Notes: generated from the sequence alone by a model not told the origin. Numbered from the whole stretch's first letter, positions 10,236 to 17,931 are shown. The stretch is 44,347 nt of DNA, filler included, from Bdellovibrionota bacterium (GCA_963169515.1; 3 parts of 3 records of this genome joined end to end with filler, not necessarily neighbours in it), one strand, 5' to 3'. Numbers and translations: made by a program.

Positions 10236-10568
10236 CTAGACCTCACGATTTAATTTTGTCCCTTTCTGATTCATTTTTGGAGGTTCGGCTTTGTAAGCCC
10301 TTCTGCCATTACTCAGCTTATGGTGATTTGTGTAATCTTTCTTCTTCTGGCGCTCCCGTTTTTTCTGCAAAAGATCAATGACATAGTGGGAAGGTTCTGT
10401 TTGGAAAGAATGGTGGTCTCCATTTTTCACGGCTTCACCCTCGACACCAATGACCGGTGAGACACCTTTTGATTTTTTGAATTCTACTCGCTCGAAGTTA
10501 TTAACAGGTTGAAAGCTATCTGGTGTTAGCCCTATGACCTTCATTAGATCGCCCCCGGCGATTAGCAT
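10236..10568 (-). CDS. Small basic hypothetical protein
   Basis: ORF downstream of a near-consensus sigma28 promoter; true start may be the internal Met at 10544. Confidence 0.55.
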   Translation of the reverse strand: MLIAGGDLMKVIGLTPDSFQPVNNFERVEFKKSKGVSPVIGVEGEAVKNGDHHSFQTEPSHYVIDLLQKKRERQKKKDYTNHHKLSNGRRAYKAEPPKMNQKGTKLNREV

Positions 10569-10606
10569 TGTTAAGTTCTAAGACCCTTTTTAAAGGGTCA
10601 TTGCAC

Positions 10607-10633
10607 TTATCGGCATTATAATGCAATACGTTA
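10607..10633 (-). promoter_or_regulatory. Sigma28-type promoter (leftward)
   Basis: Minus strand TAAC-N15-GCCGATAA. Confidence 0.8.
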
Positions 10634-10669
10634 AGTATTTGTATTAATTTGATATTACTTTGAAAAGAC

Positions 10670-10696
10670 TAAAGTATTAACGCTATGCGCCGAAAA
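10670..10696 (+). promoter_or_regulatory. Sigma28-type promoter of flagellin-1
   Basis: TAAA-N15-GCCGAAAA. Confidence 0.85.
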
Positions 10697-10793
10697 GTTC
10701 AATGACTGCTAAATGAACCATGTCTGTGAGCCTCATACATGTCTATTTTGACCTCAAGTGGGATTGAGGCCTTGAAGGAACGTAGGAGGATCT

Positions 10794-11630
10794 ATGGCTC
10801 TCAGGATTAATACCAACGTGGCGGCACTGTCCGCTATGAGACACTTATCAAAACAAGAGGACCAGGTGCAACACGCCTTAGGCGCGTTGGCTTCGGGGTC
10901 TCGAATTGTTCGTCCGGGCGATGATGCTGCGGGATTGGCAATTAGTGAGAATTTGCGGGGTCAAATCGCTGGCTTAAAGCAAGGGGGCCGAAACGCTGAA
11001 AATGCGATTTCATTGGTCCAAGTTGCTGAAGGCGGCCTCAACGAACAAAATAACATTTTAATTAGATTAAGAGAACTTGGTGTTCAAGCGGCGAGCGATA
11101 CTGTATCTGATGTCGAGCGGGAATTTTTAAATGAGGAGTTTGCGCAGCTTACTCAAGAGTTTGACCGTATCGCACGTTCAACGACATTCGGAAATAAAAA
11201 ACTTCTCGAGGGGAGTGGCGGGGATTTCGTATTCCATGTTGGCCCTAATGCGGGAGAAGATAATCAAATTTCCTATACACTCGATGCGGATGCCACAGCG
11301 TCTACAATGGGCGTTGATGGAATGGATATAGCAGACAAAGATGGGGCAAATGATGCATTGGAATCCATTGATTCTGCGCTAGAAAAGCTAGCTGGTATTC
11401 GAGCAAATTTTGGTGCGATCCAAAGTCGATTATCGACAGCTGCAAGTAATACTGCAATTCAGGTGGAAAATGTATCGGCGGCGAAATCTCGCTTGTCTGA
11501 TGCAGATGTTGCAGAAGAAGCTGCGAAGTTTGCGCAAGGGCAAGTGTTGCAAGATGCAGGTGTGGCTGTTCTTGCGCAAAGCTCAGTATTGCCAGCGCGA
11601 GCAAGTAAATTAATCAGTTCAGTATTCTAA
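10794..11630 (+). CDS. fliC: Flagellin (copy 1 in window)
   Basis: MALRINTN...SGSRI...DDAAGLAISE and RANFGAIQSRL...SRLSDAD; short flagellin with almost no variable domain. Confidence 0.97.
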   Translation: MALRINTNVAALSAMRHLSKQEDQVQHALGALASGSRIVRPGDDAAGLAISENLRGQIAGLKQGGRNAENAISLVQVAEGGLNEQNNILIRLRELGVQAASDTVSDVEREFLNEEFAQLTQEFDRIARSTTFGNKKLLEGSGGDFVFHVGPNAGEDNQISYTLDADATASTMGVDGMDIADKDGANDALESIDSALEKLAGIRANFGAIQSRLSTAASNTAIQVENVSAAKSRLSDADVAEEAAKFAQGQVLQDAGVAVLAQSSVLPARASKLISSVF

Positions 11631-11643
11631 CCGGGGCGGGCGT

Positions 11644-11739
11644 AAAAGGTACGCCGTTCCCTTTCAGGAGACTATGCATTATTTTCCTGAAATACAGATC
11701 ACAATGCGCCGTTTCCTGAAAGGGAACGGCGTACCTTTT
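11644..11739. repeat. 26-bp perfect inverted repeat (terminator / REP-like element)
   Basis: AAAAGGTACGCCGTTCCCTTTCAGGA (11644-11669) and TCCTGAAAGGGAACGGCGTACCTTTT (11714-11739), 44-nt spacer. Confidence 0.85.
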
Positions 11740-11839
11740 TAAGACTGACCTAGACCTAGGTCGAAAAAACTTTCAAAGTAAAAAACAAGTATTTTTAAAC
11801 ACAAGACGCAACGCGTTTTATAATTACTCGACTAAGGTA

Positions 11840-11866
11840 TTAAGTTTTCTAGACCAAGGACGAGAA
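11840..11866 (+). promoter_or_regulatory. Probable sigma28-type promoter of flagellin-2
   Basis: TTAA-N15-GACGAGAA (degenerate match). Confidence 0.5.
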
Positions 11867-12047
11867 GTTAAGCGAACACGTTGGAGCAAAGACGATGGTT
11901 CATTTAGCAGTCACTGAATGTACCGTTGTTGTTCCTAAAAGAACCTCCAGCACAGCAAAACGTTAACAATTGCCACAGTTGTGGCTAAGGCACAAGTGCG
12001 CTTAGAGGAGCGAACTCTTGTTGTCAAAAAGATCTAGGAGGTCTTTT

Positions 12048-12875
12048 ATGGGCTTAAGAATTAATACAAATATCGCCTCGATAAATGCTCAACGTCAGTT
12101 GGGTAAGCAGTCAGCACGAACTAACCATGCTCTTGCTGCAATGTCTTCCGGTAGCCGCATCGTAACAGCAGCTGATGATGCTGCTGGATTGTCTATCTCG
12201 GAAAATATTAAAGGACAAACACGCGGTTTAAAAATGGCAAAATACAATGCCGAAAACGCAGTGTCGTTAATCCAAGTGTCTGAAGGTGGATTAAACGAAA
12301 TCAGTAACATCTTAATTCGTTTGCGCGAATTGGGTGTGCAAGCAGCTTCTGATACCGTGTCAGATGTAGAGCGAGGCTTCCTGAACCTAGAAGCTACGCA
12401 ACTCGTTGAAGAGGCAGATCGAATTGCGAAAACCACACGATTCGGTAACAAAACGCTGCTCGATGGAGCTGGCGAAGAATTAGAGTTCCATGTTGGACCG
12501 TTCGGTGGTGCAGAAAATATTGTTTCTTACAAAATAACTGCCGATGCAACTGGTTCAACTCTAGGTTACGATGGAATCCAAGTTGATTCCAAAGACTCAG
12601 CCCGGGACACTCTTCAAAAAGTTGACGATGCCATCAACCAAATCGGAGCTCTTCGAGCGGATTTCGGCGCAGTACAAAGTCGTATGAATTCGACATCAAG
12701 CAACCTTGATATTCAATACGAAAACTTGGCTGCAGCCAATTCCCGACTTCGTGATGCTGATATTGCTTACGAATCTGCGGAGCTTGCTTCATCGCAAGTT
12801 CTCAACAATGCAGCGGTAGGTGTATTAGCGCAAGCGAATACAGTCGGAAATCAAGCGTTGCGTTTGCTTAACTAA
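12048..12875 (+). CDS. fliC: Flagellin (copy 2)
   Basis: AGGAGG RBS; MGLRINTNIASINAQR...; flagellin N- and C-terminal motifs. Confidence 0.97.
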   Translation: MGLRINTNIASINAQRQLGKQSARTNHALAAMSSGSRIVTAADDAAGLSISENIKGQTRGLKMAKYNAENAVSLIQVSEGGLNEISNILIRLRELGVQAASDTVSDVERGFLNLEATQLVEEADRIAKTTRFGNKTLLDGAGEELEFHVGPFGGAENIVSYKITADATGSTLGYDGIQVDSKDSARDTLQKVDDAINQIGALRADFGAVQSRMNSTSSNLDIQYENLAAANSRLRDADIAYESAELASSQVLNNAAVGVLAQANTVGNQALRLLN

Positions 12876-12886
12876 TAACAAATTAG

Positions 12887-12921
12887 CTTTTCGAAGGGTA
12901 TAAACCCTTCGAAAAATTTTT
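12887..12921 (+). terminator. Hairpin after flagellin-2
   Basis: TTTTCGAAGGG-TATAAA-CCCTTCGAAAA followed by A/T run. Confidence 0.65.
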
Positions 12922-12929
12922 ACAAATTT

Positions 12930-13020
12930 GAGAACGACGGCTCACAGACACTTAAAGTGAAGACATGGCTGACGTTCTTAAGCCCGCCCTGGGTAACCCC
13001 ACATTACCCAGGGTTTTTTT
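12930..13020 (+). ncRNA. Candidate structured sRNA or extended 3' UTR ending in an intrinsic terminator
   Basis: Stem AGAACGACGGC/GCTGACGTTCT, then CCCTGGGTAA-N7-TTACCCAGGG plus T-run; contains complements of the flagellin-1 UTRs. Confidence 0.45.
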
Positions 13021-13119
13021 CATGTCGATAAGTTCGACGAAACAGTCATTATAAATTCACCTAAATGTTCTGAAAGTGTGCACAGGAATTGCTTTAATCG
13101 CTCGCATTAAAGGGAATTT

Positions 13120-15687
13120 ATGACGACAATCAACCTGGAACGGAAAGCGCGCCAATTTTTGTTCCTTAAGACATTTACTGTACCAATTATTTTGCTGACG
13201 ATTTTACTGATATCGCTGCTAGTTCAGACGGTAAGCGCGGAGCAAATTAAGCCGGCACGATTTGATAGGCCACCGCACGTGGTGTTTTTGATTCACGGCC
13301 TTTTAGGTGATCCGACGACGTTTGGTGATATGGAGGCTCTCTTACGGGAACGATATCAGTCGGAAAATGTTCGTATAAAGACGTTGTTTTATCCGTCAAT
13401 CCCAGGGCAAGGTGATACAGAAAAGATCAATGCATTTACCCCTCTGGATTTTGCAAAGATTATAAATTCACAAATGATTAGTTACTTGATCGAAGAGGGT
13501 GTCAAAGATAAACAACAAAATCGTCCATACCCAATTGACATAAATACGCCCATTTCCTTCATCGTCCACAGTCAGGGTGGTGCGGTCGTATTGCACTATC
13601 TGAACTCGTGTTACAGGAAGAATCTACAACAGCCACGCTGTTTTTACGACGAAGGCGTTCAGCTGATGGCAGACGCAGGCTGGTTTAAGTCTGGTGGTCC
13701 ACAGTGGCTCTCCCAAGCGTGGCCTAATTTACAAAAAGAGTTAAATTCAAATTTGGTTCTTAAAAATGTTGATCCACCATCAAATATTCATACCTTTGTT
13801 AGCTTGGCTTCTCCATTCTGGGGATCTGCCGCTGCAAATAAATTAGTTGCCATCAATAACAACAATAAACTTCACAAATTGACAATTGGTGATTTTGTAC
13901 CAGGAAATGGCAACGACATAATTGAAAAACTTAACCTTCCGCTCGGCCAAATCAAAAACCTGTCCATGGGCAGCGAGTCTGTTGCGTGGGCACGTAGTCT
14001 TATGTTGGATCGAAATGCTGTGGATACTGAAGAGCATTGGACATCCAATACTCGATGGAGGAGCCGTTATCCTAAAACCTTAAAAGTATACAATGTAGCG
14101 GGGGTTATCACTGGCTTGCATAAGAGCATAAAAAATGCTGTTCAACGCCAGATTTTAAAGTTTGAAGAAATGGAAACAGACGTTGTTGTCAGTGCGCCAG
14201 AAGCCCGTCTTGATTTCATATACTACATCGAAAACTCAGACCCAAAGAAGAGTCCATTGAGCGGACGTACAAACTTGGGCAAAGGATATTATCCGGTTGC
14301 AAGTGCACATTTGCCTGGTTTAGAAATGGCAGCAATTGATATTCAGGGAATTGCCACTGTAACACGAGCGAATCAAAGCAATCATTTGGGGTTTACAGTG
14401 ACAAAGAGAGCATTGGATTTTGAGTTTGGTTTGGCACAAAGTGCTGATCTAACGCAAGAGGAAAAGGATAAGTTCTTACTGCCAAAGCTTCAAAATTTTA
14501 CAGTCGATTTGAAATTATTAACTCCACCTGGATATTTTCGACAATTTGGCATTATGGAAAGCAATGTTAGAATTACCCCAGAAAAAAATGTGTTTGAAAG
14601 CATAAAAGTAGGTGGAACATTAGTGTTGGATACAAATGGTCAAAACTTTGATGGTGTTAAAGCCAAGAGCAATTATTATCAAACCTATTACCATGTCGGT
14701 CGCTTTGATGAAAAGCATGCATACCTTCCGAGAAAAGAAAGTTTAGAAAGTGCGATTCAAAGAGAGGGTTTGGTAAGGCTTGATTATAAATTCGATCTTT
14801 TGGGTTTTGAGCTTAAAAGTCCAGATAAAATATTTCGCATAGATGTATTTCCGACATTAAGTTCGTACGGTGAATTTTACATTCAACCGTATCAACCAAT
14901 AAAACCAGCGAGACTCCAGGATGAGGACGGCAATGTATATTTGGCGCGTGTCGCAGGCGATGCAAAAAACGATGTTATTTTATATATGGATGTAAATAAT
15001 AATTTGCACCGCGATGTTTTTCCAAAGGGAAAGGTTGCGACAAATTTGTTGCCAGCCTGCAGAGTTGCATTGCTGGGAAAAAAATCTCCCGGCTTCCATC
15101 GTCAGAAGAAACTAAATTATTTTCAATGGATAAGGCTTGCGAATAACACAGGATTTTTGCAGCCCACATTTTCGGCAGATGACCAGTTTCGAGATACTCT
15201 GCTGGAGAGTTTTGCGGAAGAAAACGGTGAAAAAATAGACTATGCAATGCCATTGGAAATCATTGGCCGTTATAAAACGACAATTGTAGATAGATATTTG
15301 CGTGATTATATACAGCAAGAGAGAAAGAAATTTGAGAAAATGTCTGATTTTGAACAAAATATTTATCTTGCAGAACATCCGGACATTGATTTGAATTCTG
15401 ATGGATCACGAATATTCGATAGATATTTAGTAACGGCTCCAATCATTCGACGATTCGATTCCTCGAAAAGTATGAGCCAAATAAAAATGAATGACCTGGG
15501 TCCTAATAATCAAGGTTTGCGTTGGGTGAACGTAGTGGATGTTGACGTTTTGAAATATGTGCACGTAATACACCCTGACACGGGTGGATTGATCAGCGCG
15601 CCAATCGATAATCATTGTTTAGGTGATAGTTCTCCGTTTCAATACGCACCAAAATCAAAGTTTCGAAAGCTTTATTACGCAGAGTAA
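13120..15687 (+). CDS. Secreted alpha/beta-hydrolase (lipase-like) with large unassigned C-terminal region
   Basis: Signal peptide; FLIHGLLG, IVHSQGG (nucleophile elbow), SLASPFWGS, DVVV. Confidence 0.75.
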   Translation: MTTINLERKARQFLFLKTFTVPIILLTILLISLLVQTVSAEQIKPARFDRPPHVVFLIHGLLGDPTTFGDMEALLRERYQSENVRIKTLFYPSIPGQGDTEKINAFTPLDFAKIINSQMISYLIEEGVKDKQQNRPYPIDINTPISFIVHSQGGAVVLHYLNSCYRKNLQQPRCFYDEGVQLMADAGWFKSGGPQWLSQAWPNLQKELNSNLVLKNVDPPSNIHTFVSLASPFWGSAAANKLVAINNNNKLHKLTIGDFVPGNGNDIIEKLNLPLGQIKNLSMGSESVAWARSLMLDRNAVDTEEHWTSNTRWRSRYPKTLKVYNVAGVITGLHKSIKNAVQRQILKFEEMETDVVVSAPEARLDFIYYIENSDPKKSPLSGRTNLGKGYYPVASAHLPGLEMAAIDIQGIATVTRANQSNHLGFTVTKRALDFEFGLAQSADLTQEEKDKFLLPKLQNFTVDLKLLTPPGYFRQFGIMESNVRITPEKNVFESIKVGGTLVLDTNGQNFDGVKAKSNYYQTYYHVGRFDEKHAYLPRKESLESAIQREGLVRLDYKFDLLGFELKSPDKIFRIDVFPTLSSYGEFYIQPYQPIKPARLQDEDGNVYLARVAGDAKNDVILYMDVNNNLHRDVFPKGKVATNLLPACRVALLGKKSPGFHRQKKLNYFQWIRLANNTGFLQPTFSADDQFRDTLLESFAEENGEKIDYAMPLEIIGRYKTTIVDRYLRDYIQQERKKFEKMSDFEQNIYLAEHPDIDLNSDGSRIFDRYLVTAPIIRRFDSSKSMSQIKMNDLGPNNQGLRWVNVVDVDVLKYVHVIHPDTGGLISAPIDNHCLGDSSPFQYAPKSKFRKLYYAE

Positions 15688-15856
15688 GTGTTTCCTCGCC
15701 CCCCGTCCCTTGTCCTGGCTATCTTAGTCGAGTATGACCTTCTTCTCGGCTAGGAATTTCTGCTCCTATTTAAGAAATCTTTAGACCAACGTACCTGGAA
15801 CTCAAAACCTTGGTCCAGTTTTCCTATGACATTGGTCCAGTTCTGCTCGACGCGAC

Positions 15857-15883
15857 TTCAGTCGCCTAGACACTGGCCGAAAG
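15857..15883 (+). promoter_or_regulatory. Sigma28-type promoter of flagellin-3
   Basis: TTCA-N15-GCCGAAAG. Confidence 0.6.
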
Positions 15884-16098
15884 GTTAATCGTGAATGCGA
15901 TCGAAATTGAGAGAGTGATCAGCTTCCTTCGAGTGACTGCGAGGGGTAGTAAGTAAACGAAGCTCTTGAGATTGAAAATCAAATTTGCAAAACCAATGTG
16001 TTCAACCCCGGCAATGATTGCCAGGCTTGCCAAGGCTTATATGGGTAAGATCCTTGGCAGGCTCGAGAATTGATTCTCAAAATTTATAGGAGGCCATC

Positions 16099-16932
16099 AT
16101 GGGTCTTAGAATTTCCACAAACCTTCCGTCCATTAATGCTCAAAGGCATTTGGCGGGAAACCAAATCAATATCAGTAAAGCGTCTGCTCAACTTGCTTCA
16201 GGCAGTCGTATTACAAAGGCTGCAGACGATGCAGCTGGATTATCCATCAGCGAAGGATTCAAATCTCAAATCCGCAGCTATAAAGCAGCGTCACGAAACG
16301 CAGAAGATGCAGTGAGTTTGTTGCAAGTAGCAGAGGGTGGTTTATCTGAAACTGCAAACATCATGACTCGTATGAGAGAGTTAGCAATCCAAGCTGCCTC
16401 TGATACAGTGAGCGATGTTGAGCGTGGCTACATTAACTACGAGGTAAAACAACTTGTGGCTGAAGCGGACCGCATTGCTCAAAGTACGCGTTTTGGCCAT
16501 TCAAATCTATTAGATGGTACAGCTCAGGTATTCGATTTCCAAGTAGACACAGGTGACGATGATTTCAAAGACAGAATTTCTTTTGACGGTGGTCAATTGA
16601 ATGCAACTGTTTCTAACCTTGGTGTTGATGGTGTTGATTTCACATCTAAAGGTGGTGCGCGTGATGCACTGGTAAAATTAGATAGTGCTACAAATCAAAT
16701 CAATGGTTTTAGGGCAACAATCGGTGCAGTCCAAAATAGATTGCAATCGACCCAAGCAAACCTTGCCACGGCCCATGAAAGTTTGTCGGCAGCAAATTCA
16801 CGGTTACGTGATGCGGACATTGCGGACTCTTCTGCGGAGCTAACCAAAAGCGGTATTTTATTGAATGCTTCAACAATGGTTCTTGCGCAAGCAAATCAAC
16901 ATCCAGCTTTAGCACTTAAGCTAGTTGGATAA
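16099..16932 (+). CDS. fliC: Flagellin (copy 3)
   Basis: AGGAGG RBS; MGLRISTN...SGSRITKAADDAAGL...RATIGAVQNRL. Confidence 0.97.
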   Translation: MGLRISTNLPSINAQRHLAGNQINISKASAQLASGSRITKAADDAAGLSISEGFKSQIRSYKAASRNAEDAVSLLQVAEGGLSETANIMTRMRELAIQAASDTVSDVERGYINYEVKQLVAEADRIAQSTRFGHSNLLDGTAQVFDFQVDTGDDDFKDRISFDGGQLNATVSNLGVDGVDFTSKGGARDALVKLDSATNQINGFRATIGAVQNRLQSTQANLATAHESLSAANSRLRDADIADSSAELTKSGILLNASTMVLAQANQHPALALKLVG

Positions 16933-16946
16933 ACTTAGAAATCTGT

Positions 16947-17011
16947 AAAAAAGGGGAGCGGCCTCCGTTCCCTTGGTACCTTACCCATCCGGAGGGGGGT
17001 GACCTCTCCGG
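16947..17011. terminator. Two GC-rich hairpins between convergent genes
   Basis: AGGGGAGCGG-CCT-CCGTTCCCTT preceded by an A-run; CCGGAGGGG...CCTCTCCGG. Confidence 0.55.
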
Positions 17012-17040
17012 TGGTATTTCGCTGGCCATACGGTGTTATG

Positions 17041-17931
17041 TTATGGCTGAAAGAATTCGTGGGAATAACGGCCGGCTTGGTGCTCTTGTGTTATGTATTC
17101 GTTTATTGATAGCCTTGCATTTGAAAGCGTTCTTAAGAAAAAAGTCTTATAGGTTGGTTCAATATCTCGTGCTTTTTTGACCTGTTTAATTGCAGCAGCG
17201 ATTTCATGGTCCGAAATTCCCTGTAAAAAAGTCCACTCTGCCGTCATGGCCCCCATTTCGCCGATATACTTTAGCTCATTTGAGGCTCGATCAGAAATTT
17301 TTACGTCATGATTATCGAAGGCCGTGGAAAGTCGAATATGCTGAATGGCGTGTTCCATTTCGTGGGCAAACAAATACGCATGGAGAAGTGTGCCTTTATA
17401 TTGGTTTGGCATTTCAAAATAAATAATTTGATCTTTGGGTAAATACGCTGCTGTTAGATCATCGGCATCGTCTTCTTTTCCTAGGATTGGGCTATTGACC
17501 CAGTTTACGGACATGAATATTTTCTCTAAGGCTTTTCTCTGGATATCACTAAGCATTGTAATTCGAGCTTTCAAATACATTTCAAATGCAACATCAAGAT
17601 TTCGCTTGGATTGAGTGTATCCGCCCATTCCAGTTCGGACTTGTCCAATGGTCGTCTTATAATTTAAAAGTATTTTTTCAAGCGTAGGATATTTTGTTAC
17701 AAAGGTTTTCGAGTCTTTTTTGCGTGATTTGGATTCAAAGCTTTTAACCAGCTTTACTTGCTCAGAAACAGTTACAATTGAAATATTTGAAAAAACACTT
17801 TGGCAGACCAATGCATGAGCATGGCTTGAAAACAAAAATAAAATCCCCCAGACTAACCAGCGCAACCCTATACCCCAATTTCCTAAAGATCCAGGAACAG
17901 TCATAGCAGAGGATACGTCTGAAATAATCAT
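17041..17931 (-). CDS. Secreted hypothetical protein with HExxH zinc-peptidase motif
   Basis: Signal-like segment ending AHA; FAHEMEHAIQ with downstream E (GEMGAM). Start uncertain. Confidence 0.55.
   Translation of the reverse strand: MIISDVSSAMTVPGSLGNWGIGLRWLVWGILFLFSSHAHALVCQSVFSNISIVTVSEQVKLVKSFESKSRKKDSKTFVTKYPTLEKILLNYKTTIGQVRTGMGGYTQSKRNLDVAFEMYLKARITMLSDIQRKALEKIFMSVNWVNSPILGKEDDADDLTAAYLPKDQIIYFEMPNQYKGTLLHAYLFAHEMEHAIQHIRLSTAFDNHDVKISDRASNELKYIGEMGAMTAEWTFLQGISDHEIAAAIKQVKKARDIEPTYKTFFLRTLSNARLSINEYITQEHQAGRYSHEFFQP

Noticed and set aside
11745..11765. Recurring TAGACC/GGTCTA words in intergenic regions (e.g. 11751, 23455, 25428, 29291)
   Set aside because: A six-mer is too short to support without genome-wide enrichment statistics.
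10703..11913. The 19-bp inverted repeat as a Hin-like DNA inversion (phase-variation) switch
   Set aside because: Inversion would separate both flagellins from their promoters, no invertase is nearby, and G:U-compatible pairs and loop placement in the other contacts favour RNA pairing. Not excluded without checking read orientation.
11870..12045. Flagellin-2 or -3 leader as a c-di-GMP or other known riboswitch
   Set aside because: I could not find the GEMM hallmarks (GGCAAAC...GAAA...GACGCAAAGC). An Rfam scan would be decisive.
16041..16988. ATGGGTAAG in the fla3 leader complementary to CTTACCCAT in its 3' region
   Set aside because: Only 9 nt, and the neighbouring partial match is in the wrong order for antiparallel pairing; could be chance.
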